The position numbers and the translations under genes are program-made. Below are positions 29,882-43,442 of a stretch of DNA of 64,000 nt, piece after piece. This stretch comes from Eledone cirrhosa (taxonomy: Eukaryota): NCBI GenBank assembly GCA_964016885.1, contig OZ024764.1:11284001-11348000 (forward strand), in the 5' to 3' direction. How positions within the stretch are numbered: the first letter of the stretch is position 1; each line of letters opens with the position of its first letter. Below the pieces are notes generated by a model that saw only the letters and a list, made by a program, of their open reading frames with translations, ran no database searches and was not told the DNA's origin.

Positions 29882-29913
<32 letters not shown>

Positions 29914-29962
29914 CACACACAGACACATGCACATATATACACACACAGACATGCACATATAT

Positions 29963-29997
<35 letters not shown>

Positions 29998-30003
29998 CAC
30001 CAA

Positions 30004-30345
30004 GGAGGCACATGGCTTAGTGGTTAGAGCATTGGCCTTGCAATCGAAAGGTTGTGAGTTCAATTCTTAGACCGGGTGATGTGTTGTTTCCTTGAGCAAG
30101 ACACTTTATTTCACATTGCTCCAGTTTACTCAGCTGTAGAAATGAGATGATAGGGACTGGGGTCCCTATCATTCCACTGTAAAGTGGTCGTGGAGGTGCC
30201 ACGGCAAAAAAGCACCCAGCACTCACTGTAAATGAGGTTGGTGTTAGGAAGGGCATCCAGCTGTAGAAATCAAGCCAAAATCAGTTCCCGTCCCACCCTT
30301 GCAAGCAGGGAAAAAGTGGACGTAAAATGAAATGATGATGATGAT
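30004..30345 (+). mobile_element. Full-length SINE-A: tRNA-derived head, CORE-like domain, RTE-derived 3' end
   Basis: A box TGGCTTAGTGG, TTGCAAT loop and B box GAGTTCAATTC. CCTTGAGCAAGACACTT...CAGTTTACTCAGCTGTAGAAATG resembles the CORE domain. The 3' part matches the RTE UTR at 60770-60920 and ends in (GAT)n. Confidence 0.85.
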
Positions 30346-32276
30346 ACACACATACATATTTACACACACACACACAGACATGCACATATATACACACACA
30401 CATATATATATATATACATACACACACAGACATATTTACACACTTACATACACATATATACACAGACATACACACACACCTACATACATGTACACACACA
30501 CACACACACAGACACACACACAACAACACTACCCTGCGCCATACCGCCATCTAAATACTATGAAATATTGACTTAATGTGATTGAAGAAACGACAAATTC
30601 AATTTCGGTTGGGAAGGGGGTGGGGGCATCGCTGTGTGTGTGAGTGTGTGTTTCTGTGTATGTGAGTGTGTGTATGTGTTTGAATGTGTGTGTGAGTGCG
30701 TGTGTTTCAGTGTGTGAGTGTGTGTGTTTCTGTGTGCGTGTGTGCGTGTGTTTCTGTGTGTGAATATGTGTTGGTGTGCGTGTGTTTCAGTGTGTGAGTG
30801 TGTGTGAATATGTGTGTGTGTGCGTGTGTTTCAGTGTGTGAGTGTGTGTGTTTCTGTGTGTGAATATGTGTGCGTGTGCGTGTGTTTCAGTGTGTGAGTG
30901 TGTGTGTTTCTGTGTGTGAATATGTGTGTGTGTGCGTGTGTTTCAGTGTGTGAGTGTGTGTTTCTGTGTGTGAATATGTGTGTGTGCGTGTGTTTCAGTG
31001 TGTGTTTCTGTGTGTGAATATGTGTTGGTGTGCGTGTGTGTGTGTTTCTGTGTGTGAATATGTGTTGGTGTGCGTGTGTTTCAGTGTGTGAGTGTGTGTG
31101 TTTCTGTGTGTGAATATGTGTTGGTGTGTGTGTGTTTCAGTGTGTGAGTGTGTGTGTTTCTGTGTGTGAATGTGTTGGTGTGCGTGTGTTTCAGTGTGTG
31201 AGTGTGTGTGTTTCTGTGTGTGAATATGTGTGTGTGTGCGTGTGTTTCAGTGTGTGAGTGTGTGTGTTTCTGTGTGTGAATATGTGTGTGTGCGTGTGTT
31301 TCAGTGTGTGCTTCTGTGTGTGAATATGTGTGTGTGTGCGTGTGTTTCAGTGTGTGAGTGTGTGTGTGTGAATATGTGTGTGTGTGCGTGTGTTTCAGTG
31401 TGTGAGTGTGTGTTTCTGTGTGTGAATATGTGTGTGTGTGCGTGTGTTTCAGTGTGTGAGTGTGTGTGAATATGTGTTGGTGTGTGTGTGTTTCTGTGTG
31501 TGAGTGTGTGTGTTTCTGTGTGTGAATATGTGTTGGTGTGCATGTGTTTCAGTGTGTGAGTGTGTGTGTTTCTGTGTGTGAATATGTGTGTGTGCGTGTG
31601 TTTCAGTGCGTGAGTGTGTGAATATGTGTTGGTGTGCGTGTGTTTCAGTGTGTGAGTGTGTGTTTCTGTGTGTGAGTGTGTGTGTGAATGTGTGTGTGTG
31701 TGTGTTTGTCTGTGTTTCTCTGTGTTTGTGTGTGTTTCAGTGTGTGTGTGTGTGCGCATGTCTGTATATGTTTCTGTGTATGTGTTTCTGTCTGTGTGTG
31801 TGTTTCTGTGTGTGTGTTTGTCTGTGTTTCTCTCTGTATCTGTGTGTGTGTGCATGTCTATATGTTTCTGTGTGTGTGTATGTGTTTCTGTCTGTGTGTG
31901 TATGTCTTTGTGTGTGTGTGTGTCTGTAGGGAAGATCTTGTTGTTAGGCCCCCCCCCCCTCTCTCTACCCCCTGTAAGGTGGTAAGAGGGTGTGTGGTGC
32001 TGCATGAAGGGGTGGATGGTTGACGGAGGGAGCTAATTCTTACTGACTACCTACAATGATGATGATGATGATGATGATGATCGTAGTAGTAGTAGTATAG
32101 GTGGTGATGGTGGTAGTGTCATGATATTTGTTCTGTGTTTTCTTTTACTGATAATGGTGGCACTGCTGCTGTTGTTGTTGTTGTTGGTGGTGCTGGTAGC
32201 TGTGGAAGGATATCTCCCCCTCTACATATATATATATATGTACATATCTATATATATACATATATACATCTCTCTC

Positions 32277-32331
<55 letters not shown>

Positions 32332-32640
32332 GTGTGTGTGTATATGTGTGTGTGTATATATGTTTGTGTATATATGTGTTTGTGTATATATGTGTGTGTA
32401 TATATGTGTATATATATGTGTGTGTGTGTGTGTATGTATGTGAGTGTCTATATATATGTGTGTATGTGTATATATATGTGTGTGTTTGTGTGTGTGTATA
32501 TGTATGTATGTGAGAGTGTCTATATATATATATATATATGTGTGTATATATATGTGTATGTGTAAGTATGTGTGTATATATATATATACATATGTGTATA
32601 TATATATATATATGTATGTGTATATATGTGTATGTGTAAG

Positions 32641-32692
<52 letters not shown>

Positions 32693-32693
<1 letters not shown>

Positions 32694-33436
32694 ATAGAGA
32701 AAATTGAGGTTGGTAATGGCACATGGAATATATAAGAGACAGAATACTTTTTTGTGAAAAAACATAATTTTATAAGGTAAGGAAATAATAAAGGGTATAA
32801 AAAATGACCGGTTTCGATGGGTCTGCAAAAGCCATCTTTTCAAATGTTGATTAATATTAAGAAAAATTAATAATACGAAGAGTTAAAATTTGAGACTTGA
32901 AAATTCAAGTATAAAATTCATTGTGGGATTTCATAGCAGTTTTCATCTAGGTAGCAACAACAGGTTGACTGCTGTGTCCCTTTCTGGTAGTGAATGAGAA
33001 GTTATTTGGGGTGTGGGTTATTTTATAAAGGTCAGATTTAGCAATAGCCAGCTGCTGGTCAGTGAGGGGGTAAAATAACCCACACCCCAAATAACTTCTC
33101 ATTCACTACCAGAAAGGGACACAGCAGTCAACCTGTTGTTGCTACCTAGATGAAAACTGCTATGAAATCCCACAATGAATTTTATACTTGAATTTTCAAG
33201 TCTCAAATTTTAACTCTTCGTATTATTAATTTTTCTTAATATTAATCAACATTTGAAAAGATGGCTTTTGCAGACCCATCGAAACCGGTCATTTTTTATA
33301 CCCTTTATTATTTCCTTACCTTATAAAATTATGTTTTTTCACAAAAAAGTATTCTGTCTCTTATATATTCCATGTGCCATTACCAACCTCAATTTTCTCT
33401 ATAACCTTCGTTTTGTGTAGAAAATTACACTTTTCA
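32693..33436. mobile_element. Fold-back element with 333-bp arms (Penelope-like inverted pLTRs)
   Basis: 32693-33025 is the reverse complement of 33071-33403 (no mismatch seen by eye), with a 45-bp spacer, an unpaired 3' extension of about 33 bp and flanking (TA)n. Confidence 0.85.
33247..33295 (+). ncRNA. Hammerhead motif, U3-A8 core variant (mirror copy at 32801-32849 on the minus strand)
   Basis: TTGAAAA(33253-33259)-GATGG...CCATC-GAAA-CCGG-TC, with a GUC site at 33290; stem I is weak. Confidence 0.6.
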
Positions 33437-33452
33437 TATATGTATGTGTATA

Positions 33453-33513
<61 letters not shown>

Positions 33514-33734
33514 CAAATGGAAAATATAAATAACAAAGAAAACCATGACAATTCAATGAAGAAATACATTATTAGTTATCCACTTGATATAGTAGTAAAA
33601 GAGTGTTAACGTTTCAGACACTGGTCCTTCATCAGAAAAGAGAATGAGAAATTGAAGAAGAGATAGAATGATGAAGGAGACAGGCATGTGTTTATGTGTA
33701 TGTGCGTTTGTAAATATAAAAATACATACATACA

Positions 33735-33890
33735 AAGTGGTCGTGGAGGTGCCACGGCAAAAAAGCACCCACCATTCACTGTAAATGAGGTTGGTGTTAG
33801 GAAGGGCATCCAGCTGTAGAAATCAAGCCAGTATCAGTTCCCGTCCCACCCTTGCAAGCAGGGAAAAGAGGACATAAAATGAAATGAATA
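33735..33890 (+). mobile_element. SINE-A 3' fragment
   Basis: Matches 30181-30335. Confidence 0.8.
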
Positions 33891-34286
33891 TAGTGAAAGA
33901 GTGAAGAACAACATGGTCAACAGTACAAAAAGGGTTTTATTTACAGTATTAACAATTGTTTCATTGATTAAGTTGTCTAAAAATTGCTAATCACTTGAAG
34001 TTGTGTCACTCAATTTTAAATACAATGTATGCTTAATCAAATCATACTGTAAATAAAACCCTTTTTGTACTGTTGACCATGTTATTCTTCACTCTTTCAC
34101 TATTACTACTCCAAGTGGTGGTGTTGGTGGTAGTGGTGGTGTTGGTGGTAGTGATGTTGATGTTGGAATTCCTGAGAACTCACAAACCTCTTGTTGAGTC
34201 AAACAACACTGAATGCTAAAACTGTCCACAATACAGAGTATTCACAACCTCTAACTGGATAACCTATAACGATAATTTGTTATCCC

Positions 34287-34318
<32 letters not shown>

Positions 34319-34613
34319 ATTTATATATATATATTTATAATGGGACACGGGTATACAATACCTAACTCCTATTAACCTAAGTATATTTATATATATATAT
34401 TTATATATATATATTTATATATATATATTTATATATATATTTATATATATATATTTATATATATTTATATATATATTTATATATATATTTATGGGTAATA
34501 GGAAAATGTTTAATCCCGACGGCAGAGCTCAAGCTGTTTCGATCGCTATTTCTATGTCCAGAAAACAGCCGTTGAAATGGCTTGAGCTCTGCCGTCGGGA
34601 TTAAACATTTTCC

Positions 34614-34654
<41 letters not shown>

Positions 34655-34741
34655 GTATGTATGCATCTGTATATTTGTATGTATGAGTATATGTATGTAT
34701 GTGTATATATGCATGTACATGTATATTTATGTATGTGTATA

Positions 34742-34772
<31 letters not shown>

Positions 34773-34971
34773 TAATACATATATCTATAAATACATATAT
34801 CTATATTTGTGTATGTATGTGTCTATATATATATGAGTGTATATATAAATATATATGTATGTGTGTGTATATATGTATATATGTGTATATATATGTATAT
34901 ATATATATGTATATATGTGTATGTATATATATGTGTATGTATATATATATGTATATATATATATGTATATA

Positions 34972-35038
<67 letters not shown>

Positions 35039-35061
35039 ATATGTATATATATGTATGTGTG

Positions 35062-35092
<31 letters not shown>

Positions 35093-35180
35093 GTATGTGT
35101 GTATATATATGTATATATACATGTATATATATATATATAAATATATATATATATGTATGTATGTATATATGTATGTGTAT

Positions 35181-35224
<44 letters not shown>

Positions 35225-35281
35225 ATGTATATATATGTATATATGTATATGTATGTATGTATATCTATGTATGTATGTATG

Positions 35282-35314
<33 letters not shown>

Positions 35315-35335
35315 ATATATATATATATATGTATA

Positions 35336-35390
<55 letters not shown>

Positions 35391-35413
35391 GTATGTATGT
35401 ATGTATGTATATG

Positions 35414-35493
<80 letters not shown>

Positions 35494-35498
35494 TACAT

Positions 35499-35530
<32 letters not shown>

Positions 35531-35800
35531 GTATACATATATATAGCATAATGCCAGCTTAATTGACAGTAATCTGTTGTCTTGAGATCAGATCGGTACC
35601 ACATCTCAGCACTCAGCGCCATGTTATAAACACCTCCGCTACCATTACAAGAAACACCATCAACACCTGGCTATCACTTAAATCTTTCATTAGCAGAACA
35701 TTAAATCGGGATTATTAATGGCATAATCCTTAATCTCCTCTTCAATATTCTAATCTCTATTTGTTCTACTAGCAAGTTCCAGCTGCTTAATTTCAGAATA

Positions 35801-37778
35801 TTAACCCTATTCTTACCATATTTCTAATGAAAAACATTGTCTTTGTGGTGGTGGTGTTGTGGTGTTGCGTTGTGGTGGTGTTGTGGTGGTGGTGTTGTGG
35901 TGTTGTGGTGGTGTTGTGGTATTGTGTTGTGGTTGTGGTGGTCGTGTTGTGGTGTTGCGTTGTGTTGGTGTTGCGTTGTGTTGGTGTTGTGTTGTGGTGG
36001 TGTTGGTGTTGTGGTGTTGATATTTCTAATGAAAAACATTGTCTTTGTGGTGGTCGTATTGTGGTGTTGCGTTGTGTTGTGGTGTTGTGGTGGTGGTGTT
36101 GTGGTGGTGTTGTGGTGTTGTGGTGGTGTTGTGGTATTGTGTTGTGGTTGTGGTGGTCGTGTTGTGGTGTTGCGTTGTGTTGGTGTTGTGGTGGTGGTGT
36201 TGTGGTGGTGTTGTGGTGTTGTGGTGGTGTTGTGGTATTGTGTTGTGGTTGTGGTGGTCGTGTTGTGGTGTTGCGTTGTGTTGGTGTTGTGGTGGTGGTG
36301 TTGTGGTGGTGTTGTGGTGTTGTGGTGGTGTTGTGGTATTGTGTTGTGGTTGTGGTGGTCGTGTTGTGGTGTTGCGTTGTGTTGGTGTTGTTGTGGTGGT
36401 GGTGTTGTGGTGTTGATATTTCTAATGAAAAACATTGTCTTTGTGGTGGTCGTATTGTGGTGTTGCGTTGTGTTGTGGTGGTGTTGGTGTTGTGGTGTTG
36501 ATATTTTTAATGAAAAACATTGTCTTTGTGGTGGTTGTGTTGTGGTGTTGTGTTGTGGTGGTGTTGTGGTGTTGTGTTGTGGTGGTGTTGTGGTGGTGGT
36601 GTTGTGTTGTGGTGGTGTTGTGGTGGTGTTGTGGTGTTGTTGTGGTGTTGATATTTCTAATGAAAAACATTGTCTTTGTGGTGGTTGTGTTGTGGTGGTG
36701 TTGTGGTGTTGTGTTGTGGTGGTGTTGTGGTGTTGTGTTGTGTTTGTGTTGTGTTGTTGTGTTGTTGTGGTGGTGGTGGTGTTGTGGTGTTGATATTTCT
36801 AATGAAAAACATTGTCTTTGTGGTGGTCGTGTTGTGGTGTTGTGTTGTGGTGGTGTTGTGGTGTTGTGGTGGTGGTGGTGTTGTGGTGGTGTTGTGGTGG
36901 TGGTGGTGTTGTGGTGTTGATATTTCTAATGAAAAACATTGTCTTTTATTGAAAAACTATTAAGAATTTGGAGTGATTTACTAATATTACTTTTACAATA
37001 TGATGCTGGTGTTTGGAATAATTAACTTAACAAAGGTTCTTACATAAAATTATGATGGAAGGTTTTTAGATAAATATAAACACTTTAACCCTTTCGTTAC
37101 CATATTTCTAATGAAAGACACTGTTGGTGTTTGGAACATAACTTAACAAAGGTTCTTACATAAAATTATGATGGAAATTTTTTAGATAAATATAAACACT
37201 TTAACCCTTTCGTTACCATATTTCTAATGAAAGACACTGTTGGTGTTTGGAACATAACTTAAAGGTTCTTACATAAAATTATGATGGAAATTTTTTAGAT
37301 AAATATAAACACTTTAACCCTTTCGTTACCATATTTCTAATGAAAGACACTGTTGGTGTTTGGAACATAACTTAAAGGTTCTTACATAAAATTATGATGG
37401 AAATTTTTTAGATAAATATAAACACTTTAACCCTTTCGTTACCATATTTCTAATGAAAGACACTGTTGGTGTTTGGAACATAACTTAACAAAGGTTCTTA
37501 CATAAAATTATGATGGAAATTTTTTAGATAAATATAAACACTTTAACCCTTTCGTTACCATATTTCTAATGAAAGACACTGTTGGTGTTTGGAACATAAC
37601 TTAACAAAGGTTCTTACATAAAATTATGATGGAAATTTTTTAGATAAATATTAACACTTTAACCCTTTCATTACCATATTTCTAATGAAAGACACTGTTG
37701 GTGTTTGGAACATAACTTAACAAAGGTTCTTACATAAAATTATGATAGAAATTTTTTAGTTAAATATTAACACTTTAA
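35801..37778. mobile_element. piggyBac-like element end with internal (GTG)-rich expansions and six 113-116-bp tandem units
   Basis: Begins TTAACCCTATTCTTACCATATTTCTAATGAAA. Units start at 37081, 37197, 37310, 37423, 37539 and 37655, each carrying TTAACCCTTTC(G/A)TTACC. Confidence 0.65.
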
Positions 37779-38665
37779 CCCTTTAGCATTCACATTACTC
37801 TAATATATAATTGTTTCTACATTTGGCACAAGGCCAGCAATTATCCAGTGTATTACTGGTACTTTATTTTATCGACCCCGAAAGGATGAGAGGCAAAGTT
37901 AACCTCGGCGGGATTTGAACTCAGAATGCGTCAAAGCATGGCGTCCGACCCTCTACCGATACTGCCAATCCTCCGATATACTATTGTATTGTCACAGTAA
38001 AGGCTTTACCTCACATAATATCTCACATAGCATTTACATTACTCTATATATACTATTGTATGTTCACAGTAAAGGCTTTACCTCACATAATATCTCACAT
38101 AACATTTACATTACTCTATATATACTATTGTATTATCACAGTAAAGGCTTTACCTCACATAATATCTCATATAACATCTACATTACTCTATATATACTAT
38201 TGTATTGTCACAGTAAAGGTTTTACCTCACATAATATCTCGCATAACATTTACATTACTCTATATATACTATTGTATTTTCACAGTAAAGGCTTTACCTC
38301 ACATAATATCTCACATAACATTTACATTACTCTATATATAATATTGTATTTTCACAGTAAAGGCTTTACCTCACATAATATCTCACATAACATTTACATT
38401 ACTCTATATATACTATTGTATTTTCACAGTAAAGGCTTTACCTCACATAATATCTCACATAACATTTACATTACTCTATATATACTATTGTATTTTCACA
38501 GTAAAGGCTTTACCTCACATAATATCGAATCTATGATATTTTGAAAGTATTTGTTTTGAGAACAATACCTTAACATCAGCTTCAGCGACCAGTTACAGCC
38601 AGTTTCAACAGCAAAAGGTAGAGAATTCTGACCGGTTAAGGCTGGTTTGAACATTAAAGAGTTAA
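37775..38665. mobile_element. piggyBac-like MITE with a nested SINE-B (-, 37808-37973) and about eight 72-bp internal repeats
   Basis: Termini TTAACCCTTTAGCATT ... AACATTAAAGAGTTAA; the 72-bp unit spans 37976-38525. Confidence 0.85.
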
Positions 38666-38976
38666 ATATATCATCATCATTTAGCGTCCATCTTCCACAC
38701 TAGCATGGGTTAGACGGGTTTGTCTGAGTGAGTGAGAGAAAAATGCACTGTTTAAAATTGTTCCCCAAAAACTTGTATCAACTTAGAGTATAGCTCACCC
38801 TTGCTTACTTGCTTGTCATAATCTGAACATAGATAGATAGATACATAGATAGATATATTTCTTTATTAGCCACAGGGGCACAAAAGAAGGGGACAGATAG
38901 ATGCATAGATAGATAGATACATAGTTGGTTATGCCGGTAGGCTGATACCAAGGTAGATAGAAAATCTTGATAAATG

Positions 38977-39052
<76 letters not shown>

Positions 39053-39112
39053 TATATACACACATATATAAGTATATATATATATACACATATATAAGTA
39101 TATGTATATATA

Positions 39113-39163
<51 letters not shown>

Positions 39164-39286
39164 GTGTACATATATATATATGTGTACATATATATATATA
39201 TATGTACATATATATATATGTGTACATATATATATATATGTGTGTACATATATATATATATGTGTGTACATATATATATATATATG

Positions 39287-39319
<33 letters not shown>

Positions 39320-39677
39320 GTGTACATATATATATATATATGTGTACATATATATATATATATATATGTGTACATATATATATATATATATATGTGTACA
39401 TATATATATATATGTACATATATATATATGTATATATATGTACATATATATATATATGTACACATATATATATGTGTACATAAATATATGTGCATATGTG
39501 TATATATATATACATATATATGCATATTTATGTGTATATATGTACATATTTACATATATATATGTACATATATGTACATATATATACATATATGTATTGG
39601 GTCGACAATATAAAATTTGTAGAAATTTCTTTTTTTTTTCTTTCTAGAAATTTCATATTGTTGACCCAATACATATA

Positions 39678-39746
<69 letters not shown>

Positions 39747-39771
39747 TTGAAGTATGTATATGTATTTTTAA

Positions 39772-39824
<53 letters not shown>

Positions 39825-40079
39825 ATGATAGACTTATAAATAAATGTATAGTTAAAAAGTATTAACACAACAAAATTGAAATAATCAGCCCCAAACATTG
39901 AATCTATTATCGTCCCTTCACTTATTTTCTCCCTCTTTGCCCCCCCCCCTCACTCAGCCCCTTCCATTTATATTCTCCTACACCCCTCCCCCCTACAGTG
40001 GTATAAAATCCCAGTAATAGCTGAAGGCCATTTTACCCTAGAAATACCTCCACCCCACCACCACCAACACCAGCAGCAG

Positions 40080-41875
40080 CAATGTTGACTTCAACACTAC
40101 CACCAACACCACTACTACTACCAACACCACCACTACCACCAACACCACCACTACTACCACCAACACCACCACTACCACCAACACCACCACTACCACCAAC
40201 ACCACCAACACCACCAACACCACCAACACCACGACTACCACCAATACCACCATCAACAACACCAACACTACCACCAACACCACCACCACTACCACCACTA
40301 CCACTACCACCAACACCACCACTACTACCACCAACACCACAACTACCACCAACACCACCAACAACACCACCACTACCACCAACACCACCACCACTACCAC
40401 CAACAACACCACCACTACCACCAACACCACCACCACTACCACCAACATCACCACTACCACCAACACCACCACTACCACCAACACCACCACTCCCACCAAC
40501 ATCACCAACACCACCACTACCACCAACACCACCACTACCACCAACACCACCACTACCACCAACACTACCACTACCACCAACACCACCACTACCACTACCA
40601 CCAACACCACCACTACCACCAACACTACCACTACCACCAACATCACCAACACCACCACTACCACTACCACCAACACCACCACTACCACCAACACCACCAC
40701 CACCACCACCGTCACCACCACCACCACCATTATGAACTCTACCACCACTATCACCATCACTACCACCACTACTGACCCCCCCCCTCTTTATATTTTGAGG
40801 GGTGGCAGCAGGGGTGGAATAATCCAAAGACACTGCAATATTCTCAGGAAAAAGGCCTGAGGGGTCGAGTGGAATTGGGTGGAGTAGGGTGGTGTAAGGT
40901 GGAGTGGGGTGGTGTCGAGTGGAGTGGTGCCGGGTGGAGTGGGGCGGTGTGTGGTGATGTCGAGTGGAGTGGTGTCGGGTGGAGTGGGGGGTGGTGTCGA
41001 GTCGAGTCGAGTGGGACGGTGTGTGGTGATGTCGAGTGGAGTGGAGTGGTGTTGGGTGGAGTGGAGTGGTGTCGGGTGGAGTGGGGTGGTGCCCGGTGGA
41101 GTGGGGCGGTGTGGTGATGTCCAGTGGAGTGGTGTTGAGTGGAGTGGTGTCGGGTGTCGGGTGGAGTGGTGCCGGGTGGAGTGGGGCGGTGTGGGGCGGT
41201 GTGGGGGTGATGTCGGGTGGAGTGGAGTGGGGTGGTGTTGGGTGGAGTGGAGTGGTGTCGGGTGGAGTGGGGGTGGTGTCGAGTGGAGTGGTGCCGGGCG
41301 GTGTGTGGTGATGCCGAGTGGAGTGGCGTGGAGTGGAGTGGTGTCGGGTGGAGTGGAGTGGTGTCGAGTGGAGTGGTGCCGGGTGGAGTGGGGCGGTGTG
41401 GGGTGATGTCGAGTGGAGTGGTGTCGGGTGGAGTGGAGTGGGGTGGTGTTGGGTGGAGTGGGGTGGTGTCGAGTGGAAGTAGGATCTGAAATGGGGGGGA
41501 GAGAGAGAGAGGTTTTGTTGTTGTTGTTAGTGGTACTGATGGTGGTGAGGAATATGGTGGGGATGGTGATGATAGTGGTAGTGTAGGTGGTGAGGATGGT
41601 GATGGTGGAGGTGGTTGGTATGATGATGGTGGTGGTGGTGGTGGTAAATATGGTGGTAAGAATGGTGATGGAGATGGTGGCGAGTATGATGGTGATGGTG
41701 GTGGTGGGGAATAATGGTCGGGGTGTTGGTGGTAAGGATGGCAGTGATGGCGATGATGATGATGATGGTGGTGGTGGAGGTGGGGATGGTGGTGGTTGTG
41801 GGTATGGTGGTAATGGTGGCGGTGGAGGAGATGCTGAGTATAGGGGCAGGGGTGGTGGCGTGGTGGTTGGTGTGG
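40080..41875. repeat. (CCA)n tract followed by GGAGT/GGTGT pentamer and (GGT)n tracts
   Basis: Read directly from the sequence. Confidence 0.9.
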
Positions 41876-42044
41876 TGTGTTCTTTAGGGAAACTGTTCTT
41901 TTAGCTGCAGACAACAGGGACTGAAAAGGGTTTATAGTAATGGTGTCGTTCTGTGTTTGTGTATATATATATATATATATATATACCTGTCTAATTATAT
42001 ATATATATATATATGTATGTGTGTATGTGTGTATATGTAAATAC

Positions 42045-42084
<40 letters not shown>

Positions 42085-42386
42085 CTGTCTAATTATATAT
42101 ATATATATAATGTATGTATGTATGTATGTGTGTATGTCTGTGTCTATGTAAATACATGTGTATATATATATATATGTGTACCTGTTTAATTATATATATA
42201 TGTATGTATGTATGTATGTGTGTGTGTATGTGTGTGTGTATGTCTGTATGTCTGTGTCTATGTAAATACATATGTGTAAATATATATATATATATATTTA
42301 TGTACCTGTCTAATTATATATATATATGTATGTATGTATGTATGTGTGTATGTGTGTCTGTCTGTGTCTATGTAAATACATATGTG

Positions 42387-42417
<31 letters not shown>

Positions 42418-42559
42418 ATATACATACACATACATTAACATAAACACATAGATGCAAAGACATACATTAAAACATACATGCATATACAAACACATGCATG
42501 CATATCCTGTACATATTTATAAATGCCTATACATATATGCATATAAATATACATATATG

Positions 42560-42592
<33 letters not shown>

Positions 42593-42789
42593 ATATATAT
42601 ATATGTATATTTATATATGTATATATATATATGTATATATATATATGTATATATATATATGTATATGTATATATATATATGTATATTTATATATGTATAT
42701 ATATCTATGTATATGTATGTATATATATGTGTATATACCTGTCCCGCCCTTGCAAGCAGGGAAGAGCGGACGTAAATGATGATGATATA

Positions 42790-42852
<63 letters not shown>

Positions 42853-42908
42853 GTCCCAGGTGATGATGATGATATATATATATATTTCTGCTCCTTATTA
42901 TTATTATT

Positions 42909-43110
42909 AGGCGGTGGATTGGCAGTATCGGTAGAGGGTCGGACGCCATGCTTTGCAGCACAGTTACGTCCCTTTACGGATTGCGTTCAAATCCCGCCGA
43001 GGTTAACTTTGCCTTTCATCCTTACGGGGTCGATAAAATAAAGTACCAGTAATACACTGGGATAATTGCTGGCTGGCCTTGTGCCAAAAGTAGAAACAAT
43101 TATTATTATT
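42909..43110 (+). mobile_element. Full-length SINE-B: tRNA-like A/B boxes, GCCTTTCATCCTTACGGGGTCGATAAAATAAAGTACCAG central domain, (ATT)n tail
   Basis: A-box-like TGGCAGTATCGG and B box GTTCAAATCCC; more than 10 copies in the window. The central domain recalls Meta/MESC-type SINE domains (from memory, unverified). Confidence 0.8.
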
Positions 43111-43342
43111 ACATAAATTAATAAATGTGATATATATATATATATATACACATATGTATGTATATATACACCCAGTCCACACTGTAAATGTGGTTGGTGT
43201 TAGAATGGGCATCCAGCCGTAGAAAACCAGCCAGAAACAGATTTATATGAGTGAGACACAGTCTCCCGAGCAATCTTGCCTCAAGTGGAACAAATCCACC
43301 TAACCCATGTTAGCGTGGAAAATAGACGTTAAACAATGACGA

Positions 43343-43394
<52 letters not shown>

Positions 43395-43402
43395 GTTTAT
43401 AC

Positions 43403-43433
<31 letters not shown>

Positions 43434-43442
43434 CCTGTTTAC

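Noticed and set aside
30004-30077. tRNA-Cys-like gene (GCA loop)
   Set aside because: The acceptor stem does not pair, and the sequence always continues into the SINE body in multiple copies.
37915-38544. 209-aa ORF with 24-aa His/Cys-containing repeats resembling a zinc finger
   Set aside because: It comes from a 72-bp repeat inside a MITE and lacks C2H2 spacing.
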